Both the position numbers and the translations under genes were made by a program. Positions 1 through 10,084 of a stretch of 64,000 nucleotides of DNA are shown here, piece by piece (positions within the stretch are counted from its first letter, which is position 1; the number at the start of each line of letters is the position of its first letter). The notes beneath the pieces are model-generated. The model saw only the letters and a program-made list of their open reading frames with translations, ran no database searches and had not been told where the DNA came from. Source of the DNA: an uncultured Fibrobacterota bacterium (GTDB taxonomy: Bacteria; Fibrobacterota; Chitinivibrionia; Chitinivibrionales; FEN-1185); NCBI GenBank assembly GCA_963729895.1, contig CAVSQB010000027.1, positions 1 through 64,000 of the forward strand, written 5' to 3'.

Positions 1-65
1 TACCACCTTGGATAATTGTCGCGACAGGCGCTTTCAGCGGGGCCATTATTTCCCGGGTAGTTTGA
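1..65 (+). CDS. 3' end of an upstream membrane protein (possibly chromate transporter C-terminus), partial
   Basis: Open frame PPWIIVATGAFSGAIISRVV* ending TGA at 63-65; resembles the PPW-hydrophobic tail of ChrA-type transporters. Confidence 0.35.
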   Translation, partial: PPWIIVATGAFSGAIISRVV

Positions 66-89
66 AATTCGAATAAGGAGGAATTTGCC

Positions 90-323
90 ATGCCATCAGT
101 TCAAGTGCGCTACATTGTGCACGATGTTGCCGCTGCAATTCCGTTTTACACGGAACAGCTGGGTTTCAAGCTTGAAATGCATCCCGCTCCCGCATTTGCC
201 ATGCTCTCACGGAACGGCCTGCGTCTCGTGCTTAGCTCGCCGAATCGTGTCGAGATTGCAGGCGCGCACGGCAGGCGGATACGTGAAACGTTAGCCAACA
301 TATTACTCCGCATTGAAGGCTAA
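90..323 (+). pseudogene. VOC/glyoxalase-family protein, truncated
   Basis: RBS AAGGAGGA; VRYIVHDVAAAIPFYTEQLGF VOC motif; family resemblance ends after LVLSSPN (~245) and the second half of the domain is absent. Confidence 0.6.
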
Positions 324-559
324 AAGGTCGCCGCACGAAGGAATAATGAGGTACGATCGATGGAGTTCATTGCTTTATTGGTTTTCATCATCGCCCAGAT
401 TATTGTTATTCCCTTGGTGATAATCGGCGGAATCATAGCTACGTACAAGCAGGTTGTTGTCAGCAAAAAGTTGGGTGTCTCAGGAACAGCCGTTTCCGTT
501 ATCAGTGCCAGGTGGTTGATGGACGTTTTTGAGCTTAGAAAAGACACTGCTTCAGTTAA

Positions 560-1853
560 GGGGACCTCTAAAAATTCTGTAAAATAGTAGATTCCAAGAT
601 CATGTTGACAGATAGTATTATTTCGCGATGTCAGGGCGTCTATTTGTCTGATAGGTGCCCAAAACTGTTCTTTTTTCGGTCCCTTTGGGGGCCTTGTGCG
701 GTCCTGTCCCGCTTTTCAGGCGTGGCACTCAAGATATGCAAAGCGTTTTATGTTGTAAACCAGGTTCAGGAGTCCTATCTTCGCCGCGGCCCTCAGCCGC
801 CCGATACACCTGATCCTGCCACGAAACATGATTTCTATTTGAGCAAACACATGTTCTATACGCGATCTGACTTTGGATTTCTTCCGGTTCTGTGCCAATT
901 GTGCTTCCGTCAATGGTGCGCCACGAGTCCCTTTGACACATATTTTGCTTCTGTACCAGAGATAATCAAGCCTTTGTTCCGCCTTTTCCGAATGATACGC
1001 GCTGTCGGCAAACACGTCCGCGTTCGTGTTCTCAGGATTAAGGAGAGGTTCAAGCATATTGGAGTCGTGCACTTCTGCGGATGTCGCCGCATAGTCTCGA
1101 ATGATTTTATGCTTCGCGTCTACCGACGCATGGTTCTTGTAGCCAAAAAACGTCTGATCGTTCTTCTTCGTCCATCGCGCATCAACATCTTTCTGACGAA
1201 GTTTCTCAGGGTGCTTTTCCCATTCCTGCGGCGTGCCCCCGTTCTTGATTTCTTTATTCTCCTCCCGCGTGTTTCTCTGGCGAGGTACCTCGACAAAACT
1301 CGCATCTATTATTTGGCCTTTCTGGGCAGTGTAACCCGCTTCGTTCAACTGACGACCGAACAGGTCAAACAGCTTCTTGACAACGCCTGCTTGTGTCAGC
1401 GTTTCCCGAAACAACCAGACCGTTTTCTCGTCGGGAATGCTATCCTCGGAAGTGAGTTCAAGAAACCGTTTGAACGTCAATCGGTCCAGAATCTGAAACT
1501 GGGTTTGCGCATCGGAAAGCCCATACATCGTCTGCAACACGAGAATCTTGAACATCAGGATATAATCGTACGGTGGACGACCGGCGTTGCTCTTCCGTTC
1601 CTTGCGAAAAGCCTTGTCAATAACAGGACGAAAACTCTTCCAACGTATGGCCCGATTGATGGTTTCAAGAGGGTCTCCCATTTCGGAAAGCTCGGAAAGG
1701 CGATTCTCAAGGTCAAAAAGGCCTATCTGTCCCATCGCAATATCCTCCAGACGGTAGTGGGTTCGCAGGTTTGTTGTCTGGAATTAAAATAATTGACGAA
1801 ATAGCCTTTGTCAAGCATTAATTGGGCAAATTAGGCAATTTTTAGAGGTCCCC
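560..1853 (-). mobile_element. IS5-family element, copy 1 (1294 bp)
   Basis: 17-bp perfect terminal IR GGGGACCTCTAAAAATT; TTAA target duplication at 556-559 and 1854-1857. Confidence 0.95.
716..1735 (-). CDS. IS5-family DDE transposase
   Basis: 339 aa; GRPPYD, IIDASFV, FGYKNH, ADSAY and RSRIEHVF motifs. Confidence 0.95.
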   Translation of the reverse strand: MGQIGLFDLENRLSELSEMGDPLETINRAIRWKSFRPVIDKAFRKERKSNAGRPPYDYILMFKILVLQTMYGLSDAQTQFQILDRLTFKRFLELTSEDSIPDEKTVWLFRETLTQAGVVKKLFDLFGRQLNEAGYTAQKGQIIDASFVEVPRQRNTREENKEIKNGGTPQEWEKHPEKLRQKDVDARWTKKNDQTFFGYKNHASVDAKHKIIRDYAATSAEVHDSNMLEPLLNPENTNADVFADSAYHSEKAEQRLDYLWYRSKICVKGTRGAPLTEAQLAQNRKKSKVRSRIEHVFAQIEIMFRGRIRCIGRLRAAAKIGLLNLVYNIKRFAYLECHA

Positions 1854-2053
1854 TTAAGTTATACCGGGTTCTTCCCAATACTTACCTATTGGGCATGTGG
1901 CTACTTTTTTTTCCGGCCTACCTGCGGTACAAAATCAGCGGAAAACATAGAGGTTTTGCATCAATTAAAGAAGAGGGCAAGGAGGGCATGGCAGACGTAG
2001 CGGTTGCCAGAACAATTCATTTTGACAACCTGATCAATAACTCAAGAAATGAA

Positions 2054-3696
2054 CCTGATTCCGTGAGATAAGGTTATTAAAAACAAATTGACGGCGTTGA
2101 CAAGAACGAATATGGTTGCTAAGGCTTCTTGATAAGTTGTTGCCGGGGTGATTCCACTATGATTTGCGCTTCTGACCCCATGGTTGACAAATACACTCAA
2201 CGTGTCGGTGGCGACGTTTGTTTGGTTACGGGTCTATTTCCGTTTATTGCTCTCCTTAGGTCAGCCATCCGTGGCGAACGCCAGATACGTTTGCGTCCAC
2301 GCTATGCGGAGTTGATTCCGCCGCGACAGGGCAAGCATCAACCGGCGGGCATGCGTTATCACGCGTGCTGCTATGTACATAAGATCCTGAATGACCTTCC
2401 GCAATCTCCGGCGTGCAACTTTCTTACGCGGCACGTACCCCTTGTCGATTCCAACTTGGCCGCAGAGCCGCAGCATGTTGAACGCAAGAACCGCCAACGT
2501 CAACACCAATGCGTTGGTCGTGAACTTCCCGCTGGGAAGCCGCTCCAGCGCCATATCACTCTTCAGCTCCGAGTGAAACTGCTCGCTGGTGCCATGATCC
2601 CGGTACGCTGCAATAACGTCGTCCGGGCCGGCGTTGCGTCTGCTCAGGCTCGTCCACCACGTGTGAACCTCTACATCCGGCAGCAGCAAGGCGTTTCCGT
2701 CGCGGTCGATTGTCCGTTCGATCACCTCGAACACAACGCGCATGTTTTCGCCGTTTCTTTCCCGTATTGTCTCACCAACGTACACGGTCTTGCCTTCACG
2801 AGGATGACGCCAGTCACCGAGCGCTTGAGCATCCACGAGCCATTCGTCAATAGATTCCCTGCGTATGTTCCGTTTGATTATGTAATCGACCTTTTCCTTG
2901 CGGCAGACTCGCATGTTTTCAATATCGTCATGTCCGGCATCAAGACGCACAAGGATCGAACGATCCGTTATTTTTCGAGCAAGGGCTATGGTCTTGCGCA
3001 GAAACTCCGGAGTTCCTTCCTGGCAATGTTGTTTCCCTTCGCGCAACTCCGCGTTCAGCAGGTAGCCTTCCACGCCTATGTAGGCAAGCATCGGAGAATA
3101 TCCCTCGAACAACTTGTACGTGCAGCTTACGCCTTCCTTATGAGAACCACTGTTGTCAAAAGGAGATACGTCAGCGTCAATCGGAATATACGGTCCAAAG
3201 CAGGCGGTGAGCCGTGGCGCTGCTTTTTTCAACAGGGACGCCGAAGCGGAAAGGACTGCGTTTTGAACGGTCAGGCCCGTTTCGTCCATTCGCTGCCGCA
3301 GTGTAGCCTCGGAAGGAACCGCTTTCAATCCAAGCATCTCCTGAAAATAGTCGTCTTCACGAAACTGCTCGACCCCGTCAAAGTCTGGTTTGGCAAGACA
3401 CAAAAGCCCCGTCATGGTCAGCAGCGCGTCCGCGGTGCTTATACTCCCGCTCTTCTTGTCCGGAGTAACCTGCGAAACACGCTCGCGCAAACCGGATCGC
3501 TCCGCAAGCATCCCGATCATTGCCATTCCACCATGGCTGGTCAGAAACTCGTCCGTCTCCGTGATTATCAACTTTCTCGGCTTTGGCATGACACCTTCCG
3601 GGTGAATAATGTGAACTGCCATTTAGTCAAGCACCATTCACCCTTAATCTACACGAAAAATCATCAAAATGCCAAAGTTTTTCTCACGGATTTAGG
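2054..3696 (-). mobile_element. IS1380-family element (1643 bp)
   Basis: Imperfect IR CCTGATTCCGTGAGA / TCTCACGGATTTAGG; 5-bp TSD ATGAA at 2049-2053 and 3697-3701. Confidence 0.92.
2261..3622 (-). CDS. IS1380-family transposase
   Basis: 453 aa; LTSHGG, PSEATLRQR, GYSPM, VRLDAG, YRDHGTSEQFHSELKSD and LPSGKFTTN motifs; start may be the downstream MPKPRK. Confidence 0.92.
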   Translation of the reverse strand: MAVHIIHPEGVMPKPRKLIITETDEFLTSHGGMAMIGMLAERSGLRERVSQVTPDKKSGSISTADALLTMTGLLCLAKPDFDGVEQFREDDYFQEMLGLKAVPSEATLRQRMDETGLTVQNAVLSASASLLKKAAPRLTACFGPYIPIDADVSPFDNSGSHKEGVSCTYKLFEGYSPMLAYIGVEGYLLNAELREGKQHCQEGTPEFLRKTIALARKITDRSILVRLDAGHDDIENMRVCRKEKVDYIIKRNIRRESIDEWLVDAQALGDWRHPREGKTVYVGETIRERNGENMRVVFEVIERTIDRDGNALLLPDVEVHTWWTSLSRRNAGPDDVIAAYRDHGTSEQFHSELKSDMALERLPSGKFTTNALVLTLAVLAFNMLRLCGQVGIDKGYVPRKKVARRRLRKVIQDLMYIAARVITHARRLMLALSRRNQLRIAWTQTYLAFATDG

Positions 3697-3849
3697 ATGA
3701 AGTAAAGCAATTTGTGGTTATGGGAGCGGGGTTCGATACAAGGTGTTATGGAAACCTTAAACAAAACAACATGAAGTTTTTCGAACTTGACCAGCCGGAG
3801 ACACAGAAGCTAAAGGTAGAATGCCTGAAGAAAGTTGATATTGACGTGG

Positions 3850-4707
3850 CTATACCCCAATTACTTTCTCAGTCGAAATGGGAGTTTTCTCTTTGAATTG
3901 ACCTCTGTATTCTTCAGGTGTTTTCCCCTTTAGTGATCCGTGTGGCCGTATCCGGTTGTAAATGTTCTTCCAATGTTCGATTATTCTTTCTGCGTCCTCT
4001 AATGAGATGAACCAGTTTTCATTCAAGCATTGGTCCCTGAATATCGAATTGAATGATTCTACAAAAGCATTCTGGCTGGGCTTGCCGGGCTGAATGAATT
4101 CCTGCCTTACCTGGTTTCGTATTGCCCAGAGCATGAGTTCTTTGCTCCGGAATTCCGGGCCGTTATCAGTCAACAGAGCTTCCGGCTTTCCGTACCTGGC
4201 CACCAGGTGGTCTAGAACTTGGCAGACTCCTAGTGCTGGAATAGAACGTGCTACCTTGATTGCAAGAGCCTCACGGGTGCAGTCATCGACAACATTCAGG
4301 CATTTCAGCTTGCGCTTGTCGGAAGTACTGTCGAATATGAAATCCATTGACCAGCGACGGCTTGGCCGATCCGGCAGCGTCAACGGCATCCGTTGGCTAT
4401 TGCGTTTCTGACGCCTCCTCCGCTTGCTTTTCTGAAGCGATTCTTCCTTGTAGAGCCGATGCACACGTTTGTGATTTACTATGTACCCAAGGTTGCGGAG
4501 ATACCAATAAAGCGTCGGAAAGCCCCATGAACGGAACGATGAAATGGTTTCATGCATTTTTGTTTTCAACTCGCTGTTCAAAGCCGATTCCTGCGGTCGA
4601 TAGCGGTACACTGCCGGTGTCATACCCAGAAGTCCGCATGCTTTCCGTTGACTCAGGCCTTGCCGCATTAGTGCGTCCACAGTTAGCCTACGCTGAGGAC
4701 GCTTCAC
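3850..4707 (-). CDS. IS3 OrfB (integrase-core DDE transposase)
   Basis: WSMDF, TDNGPEF and PGKPSQNAFVESFN motifs; lies in the -1 frame relative to OrfA (AAAATAGTG junction). Confidence 0.93.
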   Translation of the reverse strand: MKRPQRRLTVDALMRQGLSQRKACGLLGMTPAVYRYRPQESALNSELKTKMHETISSFRSWGFPTLYWYLRNLGYIVNHKRVHRLYKEESLQKSKRRRRQKRNSQRMPLTLPDRPSRRWSMDFIFDSTSDKRKLKCLNVVDDCTREALAIKVARSIPALGVCQVLDHLVARYGKPEALLTDNGPEFRSKELMLWAIRNQVRQEFIQPGKPSQNAFVESFNSIFRDQCLNENWFISLEDAERIIEHWKNIYNRIRPHGSLKGKTPEEYRGQFKEKTPISTEKVIGV

Positions 4708-4970
4708 TATTTTCTTTGCAGCACTTCCTTCATTGCATCGATCTGAAGTGCCTGGTCTGCAACAATCCGCTTGAGCCGGCTGTTTTCGCCCTCGATCTCC
4801 TTCATCCTTTTCAGATCAGAGAGCTCAAGTCCGCTGTATTTGCTCTTCCAACGGAAGTACGTGTTCTCTGAAATACCATATTGACGACAAAGATCAGCGA
4901 CTTTGGCTCCGCGGTCGCCCTCTTGCAGGATCCGAAAAATCTGCTCTTCACTGTAGCGCTTGCCTTTCAT
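4707..4970 (-). CDS. IS3 OrfA (HTH)
   Basis: 87 aa MKGKRYSEEQI...LCRQYGISENTYFRWKSKY; RBS AGGAGG. Confidence 0.93.
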   Translation of the reverse strand: MKGKRYSEEQIFRILQEGDRGAKVADLCRQYGISENTYFRWKSKYSGLELSDLKRMKEIEGENSRLKRIVADQALQIDAMKEVLQRK

Positions 4971-5521
4971 GAGTCCTCCTAGTTAGTTTAAAATAACTCG
5001 GAAAACTCCCTTCTCAAATGAGCAAGTTTTCGGGGGTATAGCCAGACGTATCCCACGTTACTTTTATTGAGGTAGATTTTTCTAAAGATAACTGGTATGA
5101 AAAGCTAAAGGATGCAGGTTACGATCCGGATAAAAAGGCCATCTTTTTATGGGAGGGGGTGACACTGTACATCTCTGAAAATGATGTCCGAAAAACAATA
5201 AGAGTGATTAGAGAGCATGCTGTCCATGGTAGCATATTAATCACTGATTTGTATTCCAAGAGATTAGTCGCTCTCCGAGGTGTGAAAGCAACAAATGAAC
5301 AGTTCAACTTTGCACTGGACTTCTCATCTGATAAAGAAAATGTTTTAAAAACATTCCTGGAAAGTGAAAATGTAAAAGTAGGTAACTCTTATTTTATGGG
5401 ACACAAAACCCCAAAAGGTGCATTTGGGGTAGTCGTTGAAATTGTGCTGTAGGGCTTTATTTAATTGATTTTGTTCGAATAAGATTGCAAAGCGCGCGGC
5501 AAGACAAGAAAGCGACGAATT

Positions 5522-5884
5522 TCACCCCTCATTGATTTCTGCGGCAATTTCTTCCTTCCTTCCCCTTTCCCCCACCGTCCTCAAAATCACCATCTCCGGC
5601 TTCTTGATTTCTTTTATCGACCGGTTCCAGATGAACACCTTTTTCTCCCTCGGAATGTCCACTTCCTGAAGCGCCTTGACAAACAAGTCTTTTGACACGC
5701 TCTCCAGTATGATCGCCTCGGTGCGGACTGCCTTGCACGCGCCGTGCCGGTAGACGCGCGTGTCCGCTGCGGTCATGAGATGGAGGATTCGGCCGCGTTG
5801 TGCGTCGTACCGATCCTGCAGGCGCTGCACCTCCCGTCTCAGGCGCAACGATTCGTCGATGAGGACGTCGAGTTCGGAGGACAT
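5522..5884 (-). CDS. Hypothetical protein
   Basis: Likely start MSSELDVL at 5884 after GAGG; coiled-coil-like N-terminus; last gene of the dnaE unit. Confidence 0.55.
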   Translation of the reverse strand: MSSELDVLIDESLRLRREVQRLQDRYDAQRGRILHLMTAADTRVYRHGACKAVRTEAIILESVSKDLFVKALQEVDIPREKKVFIWNRSIKEIKKPEMVILRTVGERGRKEEIAAEINEG

Positions 5885-5927
5885 GGGAAACCTCGGTGGA
5901 AACGGAGTGTGGGTTTTTGTGCGACGG

Positions 5928-6665
5928 CTACGATTTTGTCCCGGCAACGATCCGTTCTTTCATAATTTCGGAAAGTCTCGTTTTGTCGAGGCCCGCAAGT
6001 TCTGCGGGGGCGATAGGATCGCCGATGACAAGCGTGGCGGTGCCGGGCCTGAACCGGCCGGATCTCTTGGGCAGGATATCGCGCGTGCCGCAGATGGTCA
6101 CCGGCACGACCGGCACGCCCGCCTCAAACGCGAGCGCAAAGCTGCCGCGCTTGAACTCTCCCACCTCGCCCGTGACACTGCGGGTTCCTTCGGGAAAAAG
6201 CACGAGGGAAATGTTCTTGCGCTTGAGCATGGCGATTGCCCGCGTGATGGAGGCGCGCGCGGCCCGCGCGTTTTGGCGGTCGATCCAGATGTGGCCGGCT
6301 GCCGCCATGCCCCATCCGAAAAACGGTATGAAGAAGAGCTCCTTTTTCGCGATAAAGCTCAGGGAGTACGGCAGGCCCGCGTGCAGAACCGGAATATCAA
6401 AATAGCTCTGGTGGTTGACTATGAACACGTACCGTCCCCTGCCGTCAAGCTTGTCCCCGCCGACGGTCTTCACCCGTATGCCGCACAGGAACAGGAGATG
6501 AATGCACCAGAGGCGGGCAACGAACCGTGCCAGCCTGTTGTTGAAAAGAGCGGCGAGCAGGGTGGCCGATCCGTACGCAACGCTGCTGATCACGGCCCAC
6601 AGCGCCAGTGCAAGGTTATGCAGAAAATTGATTGCGACTGCTACGCCGCGGTCTTGCTCAGCCAC
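5928..6665 (-). CDS. plsC: 1-acyl-sn-glycerol-3-phosphate (lysophospholipid) acyltransferase
   Basis: NHQSYFD, FIAKKEL and LFPEGTRS motifs; start uncertain (GTG at 6665 chosen). Confidence 0.85.
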   Translation of the reverse strand: MAEQDRGVAVAINFLHNLALALWAVISSVAYGSATLLAALFNNRLARFVARLWCIHLLFLCGIRVKTVGGDKLDGRGRYVFIVNHQSYFDIPVLHAGLPYSLSFIAKKELFFIPFFGWGMAAAGHIWIDRQNARAARASITRAIAMLKRKNISLVLFPEGTRSVTGEVGEFKRGSFALAFEAGVPVVPVTICGTRDILPKRSGRFRPGTATLVIGDPIAPAELAGLDKTRLSEIMKERIVAGTKS

Positions 6666-9600
6666 ACGTTTTCCTTTCCGAGCCGTTTTCGCAGCGTCTC
6701 GATTGTCCCTTTGGCCGGGTTCACCGTGACGCTCCGCGCCTTGATGCGGTACTCGTTGTCCTCCTGCGTGCTCACGTGGAGAACGAGACTGCACTCGCCC
6801 GGCGCCCGGGCGCATTCGTCGTACAACTCCTTTATAAAGGTTTCTTCGAGACCCTGCGTCTTGAGCCTCACGTGAACGCTCCTGGCAAGTTTTTCCCTGG
6901 TTTCCGAAAGAGCAATAACGTTGTCCACCTTGAGCTTGGGCTTCTTGTCCCCTTCCCGCACCGAAACCTGGCCGCGCACCAGTATCATGGCGTCAAGGGC
7001 GAGCAGGTGCTTGAACTTCTCGAACGCGTCCCCAAACGCGAGCAGTTCAATGGAACCCTCGAAATCCTCGATCTCAAGAAACGCCATGGGCCGCCCGTCC
7101 CGCTGCACGTGGGACTTGAGAACCGTGATGATGCCGCCCACGGTGAGGTTCTGCCCTTCCCGAACCTTTTCCAGCGACTCCAGTTTGAGGGGGATGTCGG
7201 TAAAGCCCCGTATTTCGTCCTGAAAACGTTCCAGCGGATGGCCGCTCACGTAAAAATTGAGCACTTCCTTTTCCTTGGCAAGCAATTCGTTGTAGGGCCA
7301 CGGTTCCACATTGACAAGCGGCGGCTCAGGCGGCGCGCTCTGGGTGGACGCATCCGCACCGCCCGTATCAAACAGACTCGTTTGCCCGCTCGTACGGTCT
7401 TTCTGGAACGAGTTGCCGTAATCGATAGCCGCGTCGATGCTGGCGAACAGCTGGGCGCGGGTCCCTTTGAGGCAATCGAGCGCGCCCGCGTAGGCGAGGG
7501 ATTCGAGGCATTTCTTATTGACAAGGCGTAAATCGACGGAGGCGCACAGTTCGTACAGGCTGTTGAATTTCACTTTCTTCTTCCGCGCCTCGAGAATGGA
7601 CTCCGCCGCCTTGCCCACGTTCTTGATGGTGCCCAGGCCGAGGCGGATTTTCTTTTCGTCGATGGAACATTCGAATTCGCTCTTATTGAGATCGGGCGGC
7701 AGGATGCGCACGCCCATGCGCTCCGCCTCATTCTTGATGGTAAGAACTTCATCCTGATCGGAGAGCACGCTCGACAAATTCGCGGTGAGGAACTCCAGCG
7801 GATAATGCGCCTTGAGAAACGCGCACTGGTACGCGACGTGCGCGTATACCGTGGCATGCGCCTTGTTGAACGCGTATTCGGCGAACTTGGCCATGCGGTC
7901 GAAAACGTCCTGGGCGATCTTCGCGTCCACCTTCCGCGCGGCGGCGCCTTCCATGAACTTCTTCCGCATGGCCTCCATTTTGTCCGAGTCTTTCTTGCTC
8001 ATGGCCTTGCGCATCATGTCGGCCTGCCCCAATGTAAAGCCGCCCATCACCTGCGCTATCCGCATTACCTGCTCCTGGTACACGATGACGCCGTACGTGA
8101 CTTTGAGGATTTCCTCAATGAGCGGGTGCCGGTATTCCACCTTTTCCCTGCCGTGCTTCCGGTGGATGTACACGGGAATTTCCTCCATGGGGCCGGGCCG
8201 GTACAGGGCGTTCATGGCAATCAGATCATCCATCCGCTCGGGCTTGAGCTTGCGCAGGTTGTCCTGCATGCCCTGCGATTCGAACTGGAACACGCCTACG
8301 GTGTCTCCCCTGCCCAAAAGCGCCAGCGTTTCCTTGTCGCCGTCGGGCAACTTCCACACATCGATGACCGGGCCGCCATTCTCCTGAATCAAGCGGAGCG
8401 TATCCTGCAGAATGGTGAGGGTGATGAGGCCCAGAAAGTCCATCTTGATGAGCCCCACTTCCTTGACGTCGTTCATGTCGAATTGCGTCATGACGATATC
8501 GGAATCGGGCTGCTTGAACAGGGGGGACCAATTGACGACCGGTCCGGGCGCGATGATCACGCCTCCCGCGTGCATGCCCGCCTGGCGCGTGAGGCCTTCG
8601 AGCGCCCGAGCGTGACGGAACAGTTCCGTGTATTTCGGATTGCTTTTGACGGTTGCCGCCAGCTCGCCGTTCGCGGCCAGCGACGTTGCAAGGTCCTTGT
8701 CGACCATGCCGGCAAGTTTTCCCGCTTCGGCAACCGAAATGCCCATCACGCGCGCCACATCGCGCACGACCATTTTGCCCTTCATTCGGCCGAAGTTGAT
8801 GATCTGGCTCACCGCCTCGCGGCCGTAGGTCCGTATGACATACTCGATCACCTTGTGCCGGTCGCGGTCGGCAAAGTCGATGTCCGCGTCGGGCATGTCG
8901 ATGCGTTCGGGATTGAGGAACCGTTCAAAGAGGAGATCGAAACGGATCGGATCGACGTCGGTGATGCCGATGGAGTATGCAACGAGGCTGCCGGCGGCGG
9001 ACCCCCGGCACCCGGTCATCACGCCGAGGCGCTTCGCTTCGTTGACAAAATCACGAACAATGAGAAAGTACCCCTCAAACCCCATCTTGCAGATCACCCC
9101 GAGTTCGTACGCGAGGCGCTCCTCGATGCCCGGCGTTACATGCGAATACTTGCCCTTGAGGCCCGCCGTGGCCAGGTCGCCAAGATAGTCCGCCTCGGAC
9201 GCATACCCCTGGGGGACTTTTGTCTTGGGCAGCTGGGCGGGGGATTTTATTTCCACGTTGCAGCGTTCCGCAATGGCAACCGTATTGCTCATCGCCTCCG
9301 GAATGTCGGGGAACAAGAGCGCCATTTCGTCGGGAGACTTGAAGTAGATCTGGTCGGAACCGAACCGGTACCGGGACGGATCGTCCATGGTCGTCTGCGT
9401 CTGGATGCACAGGAGAATCTCGTGTGAGGCAGCGTCTTCTTTGTTAAGATAGTGCGCGTCGTTGGCCACGATAAACGGGATGCCCATGCGCCGGCCCAGT
9501 TTGGAGAGTTCGTCGAACGCAACCAGCTCCTTGTCGATGCCGTGGTTCTGCAATTCGAAATAGAAATTTTCTTTTCCGAAGATCGTAACGTACTCTTCGG

Positions 9601-10084
9601 CGATTCTCCGGGCCTTTGCAACATCGCCGGCGAGCAGGGCGCGCGGGATGGCGCCCCCGACGCACGCGCTCGTTCCGATGAGCCCCGACGAATGCGTGCG
9701 CAACACCTCCATATCGATGCGCGGCTTGTAGTAAAATCCTTCGAGATATCCGATGGTGGAGAGCTGCATGAGGTTCCTGTAGCCCTCGTTGTTGCGGGCC
9801 AGCAGGATAAGGTGATGGTAGTTTTCCTCGCCCGTCTTTGTCTTGTCGAGACGCGACTGCGGCGCGACATAGGCCTCAAACCCGATAATCGGCTTGATGC
9901 CTTCCTTCAGGCAGGTGTTGTAAAATTCCACCGCGCCGAACATGCCGCCATGGTCGGTGATGGCAAGCGCGGGCATGCCGAATTCCCGTGCGCGGGCAAC
10001 GAGGTTCTTGATGCGGATCGCGCCGTCGAGAAAACTGTATTCGGTGTGATTGTGCAGATGGACGAAATTACATCGCTTGCTCAT
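6641..10084 (-). CDS. dnaE: DNA polymerase III alpha subunit
   Basis: 1147 aa; PHP motif FVHLHNHTEYSFLDG, RGSAAGS, FERFLNPER, MPDADIDF, YAFNKAHA and a C-terminal OB fold. Confidence 0.98.
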   Translation of the reverse strand: MSKRCNFVHLHNHTEYSFLDGAIRIKNLVARAREFGMPALAITDHGGMFGAVEFYNTCLKEGIKPIIGFEAYVAPQSRLDKTKTGEENYHHLILLARNNEGYRNLMQLSTIGYLEGFYYKPRIDMEVLRTHSSGLIGTSACVGGAIPRALLAGDVAKARRIAEEYVTIFGKENFYFELQNHGIDKELVAFDELSKLGRRMGIPFIVANDAHYLNKEDAASHEILLCIQTQTTMDDPSRYRFGSDQIYFKSPDEMALLFPDIPEAMSNTVAIAERCNVEIKSPAQLPKTKVPQGYASEADYLGDLATAGLKGKYSHVTPGIEERLAYELGVICKMGFEGYFLIVRDFVNEAKRLGVMTGCRGSAAGSLVAYSIGITDVDPIRFDLLFERFLNPERIDMPDADIDFADRDRHKVIEYVIRTYGREAVSQIINFGRMKGKMVVRDVARVMGISVAEAGKLAGMVDKDLATSLAANGELAATVKSNPKYTELFRHARALEGLTRQAGMHAGGVIIAPGPVVNWSPLFKQPDSDIVMTQFDMNDVKEVGLIKMDFLGLITLTILQDTLRLIQENGGPVIDVWKLPDGDKETLALLGRGDTVGVFQFESQGMQDNLRKLKPERMDDLIAMNALYRPGPMEEIPVYIHRKHGREKVEYRHPLIEEILKVTYGVIVYQEQVMRIAQVMGGFTLGQADMMRKAMSKKDSDKMEAMRKKFMEGAAARKVDAKIAQDVFDRMAKFAEYAFNKAHATVYAHVAYQCAFLKAHYPLEFLTANLSSVLSDQDEVLTIKNEAERMGVRILPPDLNKSEFECSIDEKKIRLGLGTIKNVGKAAESILEARKKKVKFNSLYELCASVDLRLVNKKCLESLAYAGALDCLKGTRAQLFASIDAAIDYGNSFQKDRTSGQTSLFDTGGADASTQSAPPEPPLVNVEPWPYNELLAKEKEVLNFYVSGHPLERFQDEIRGFTDIPLKLESLEKVREGQNLTVGGIITVLKSHVQRDGRPMAFLEIEDFEGSIELLAFGDAFEKFKHLLALDAMILVRGQVSVREGDKKPKLKVDNVIALSETREKLARSVHVRLKTQGLEETFIKELYDECARAPGECSLVLHVSTQEDNEYRIKARSVTVNPAKGTIETLRKRLGKENVWLSKTAA

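Larger units (their letters stand above)
3847..5044 (-). mobile_element. IS3-family element (IS407-like, 1198 bp)
   Basis: TG...CA ends with IR TGGCTATACCCC / GGGGTATAGCCA; 4-bp TSD GACG at 3843-3846 and 5045-5048. Confidence 0.93.
360..5452 (+). pseudogene. Class I SAM-dependent methyltransferase (leucine carboxyl methyltransferase-like) split by three IS elements
   Basis: Segments 360-559, 1858-2053, 3702-3846 and 5049-5452 join into one 945-nt frame (314 aa) with ART..FD, QFVVMGAGFDTR, FFELDQP and FLWEGVTLY motifs. Confidence 0.92.

Noticed and set aside
602..1792. 396-aa ORF (also 18560-19750 and 46462-47652) and long ORFs 2129-3700 and 28584-29804
   Set aside because: Antisense shadows of transposase genes with no recognisable motifs
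7805..9427. 540-aa ORF and other long ORFs opposite dnaE, GH2, the amidase, yebC and DHOR
   Set aside because: Shadow frames expected from GC-rich codon bias; they fully overlap well-supported genes
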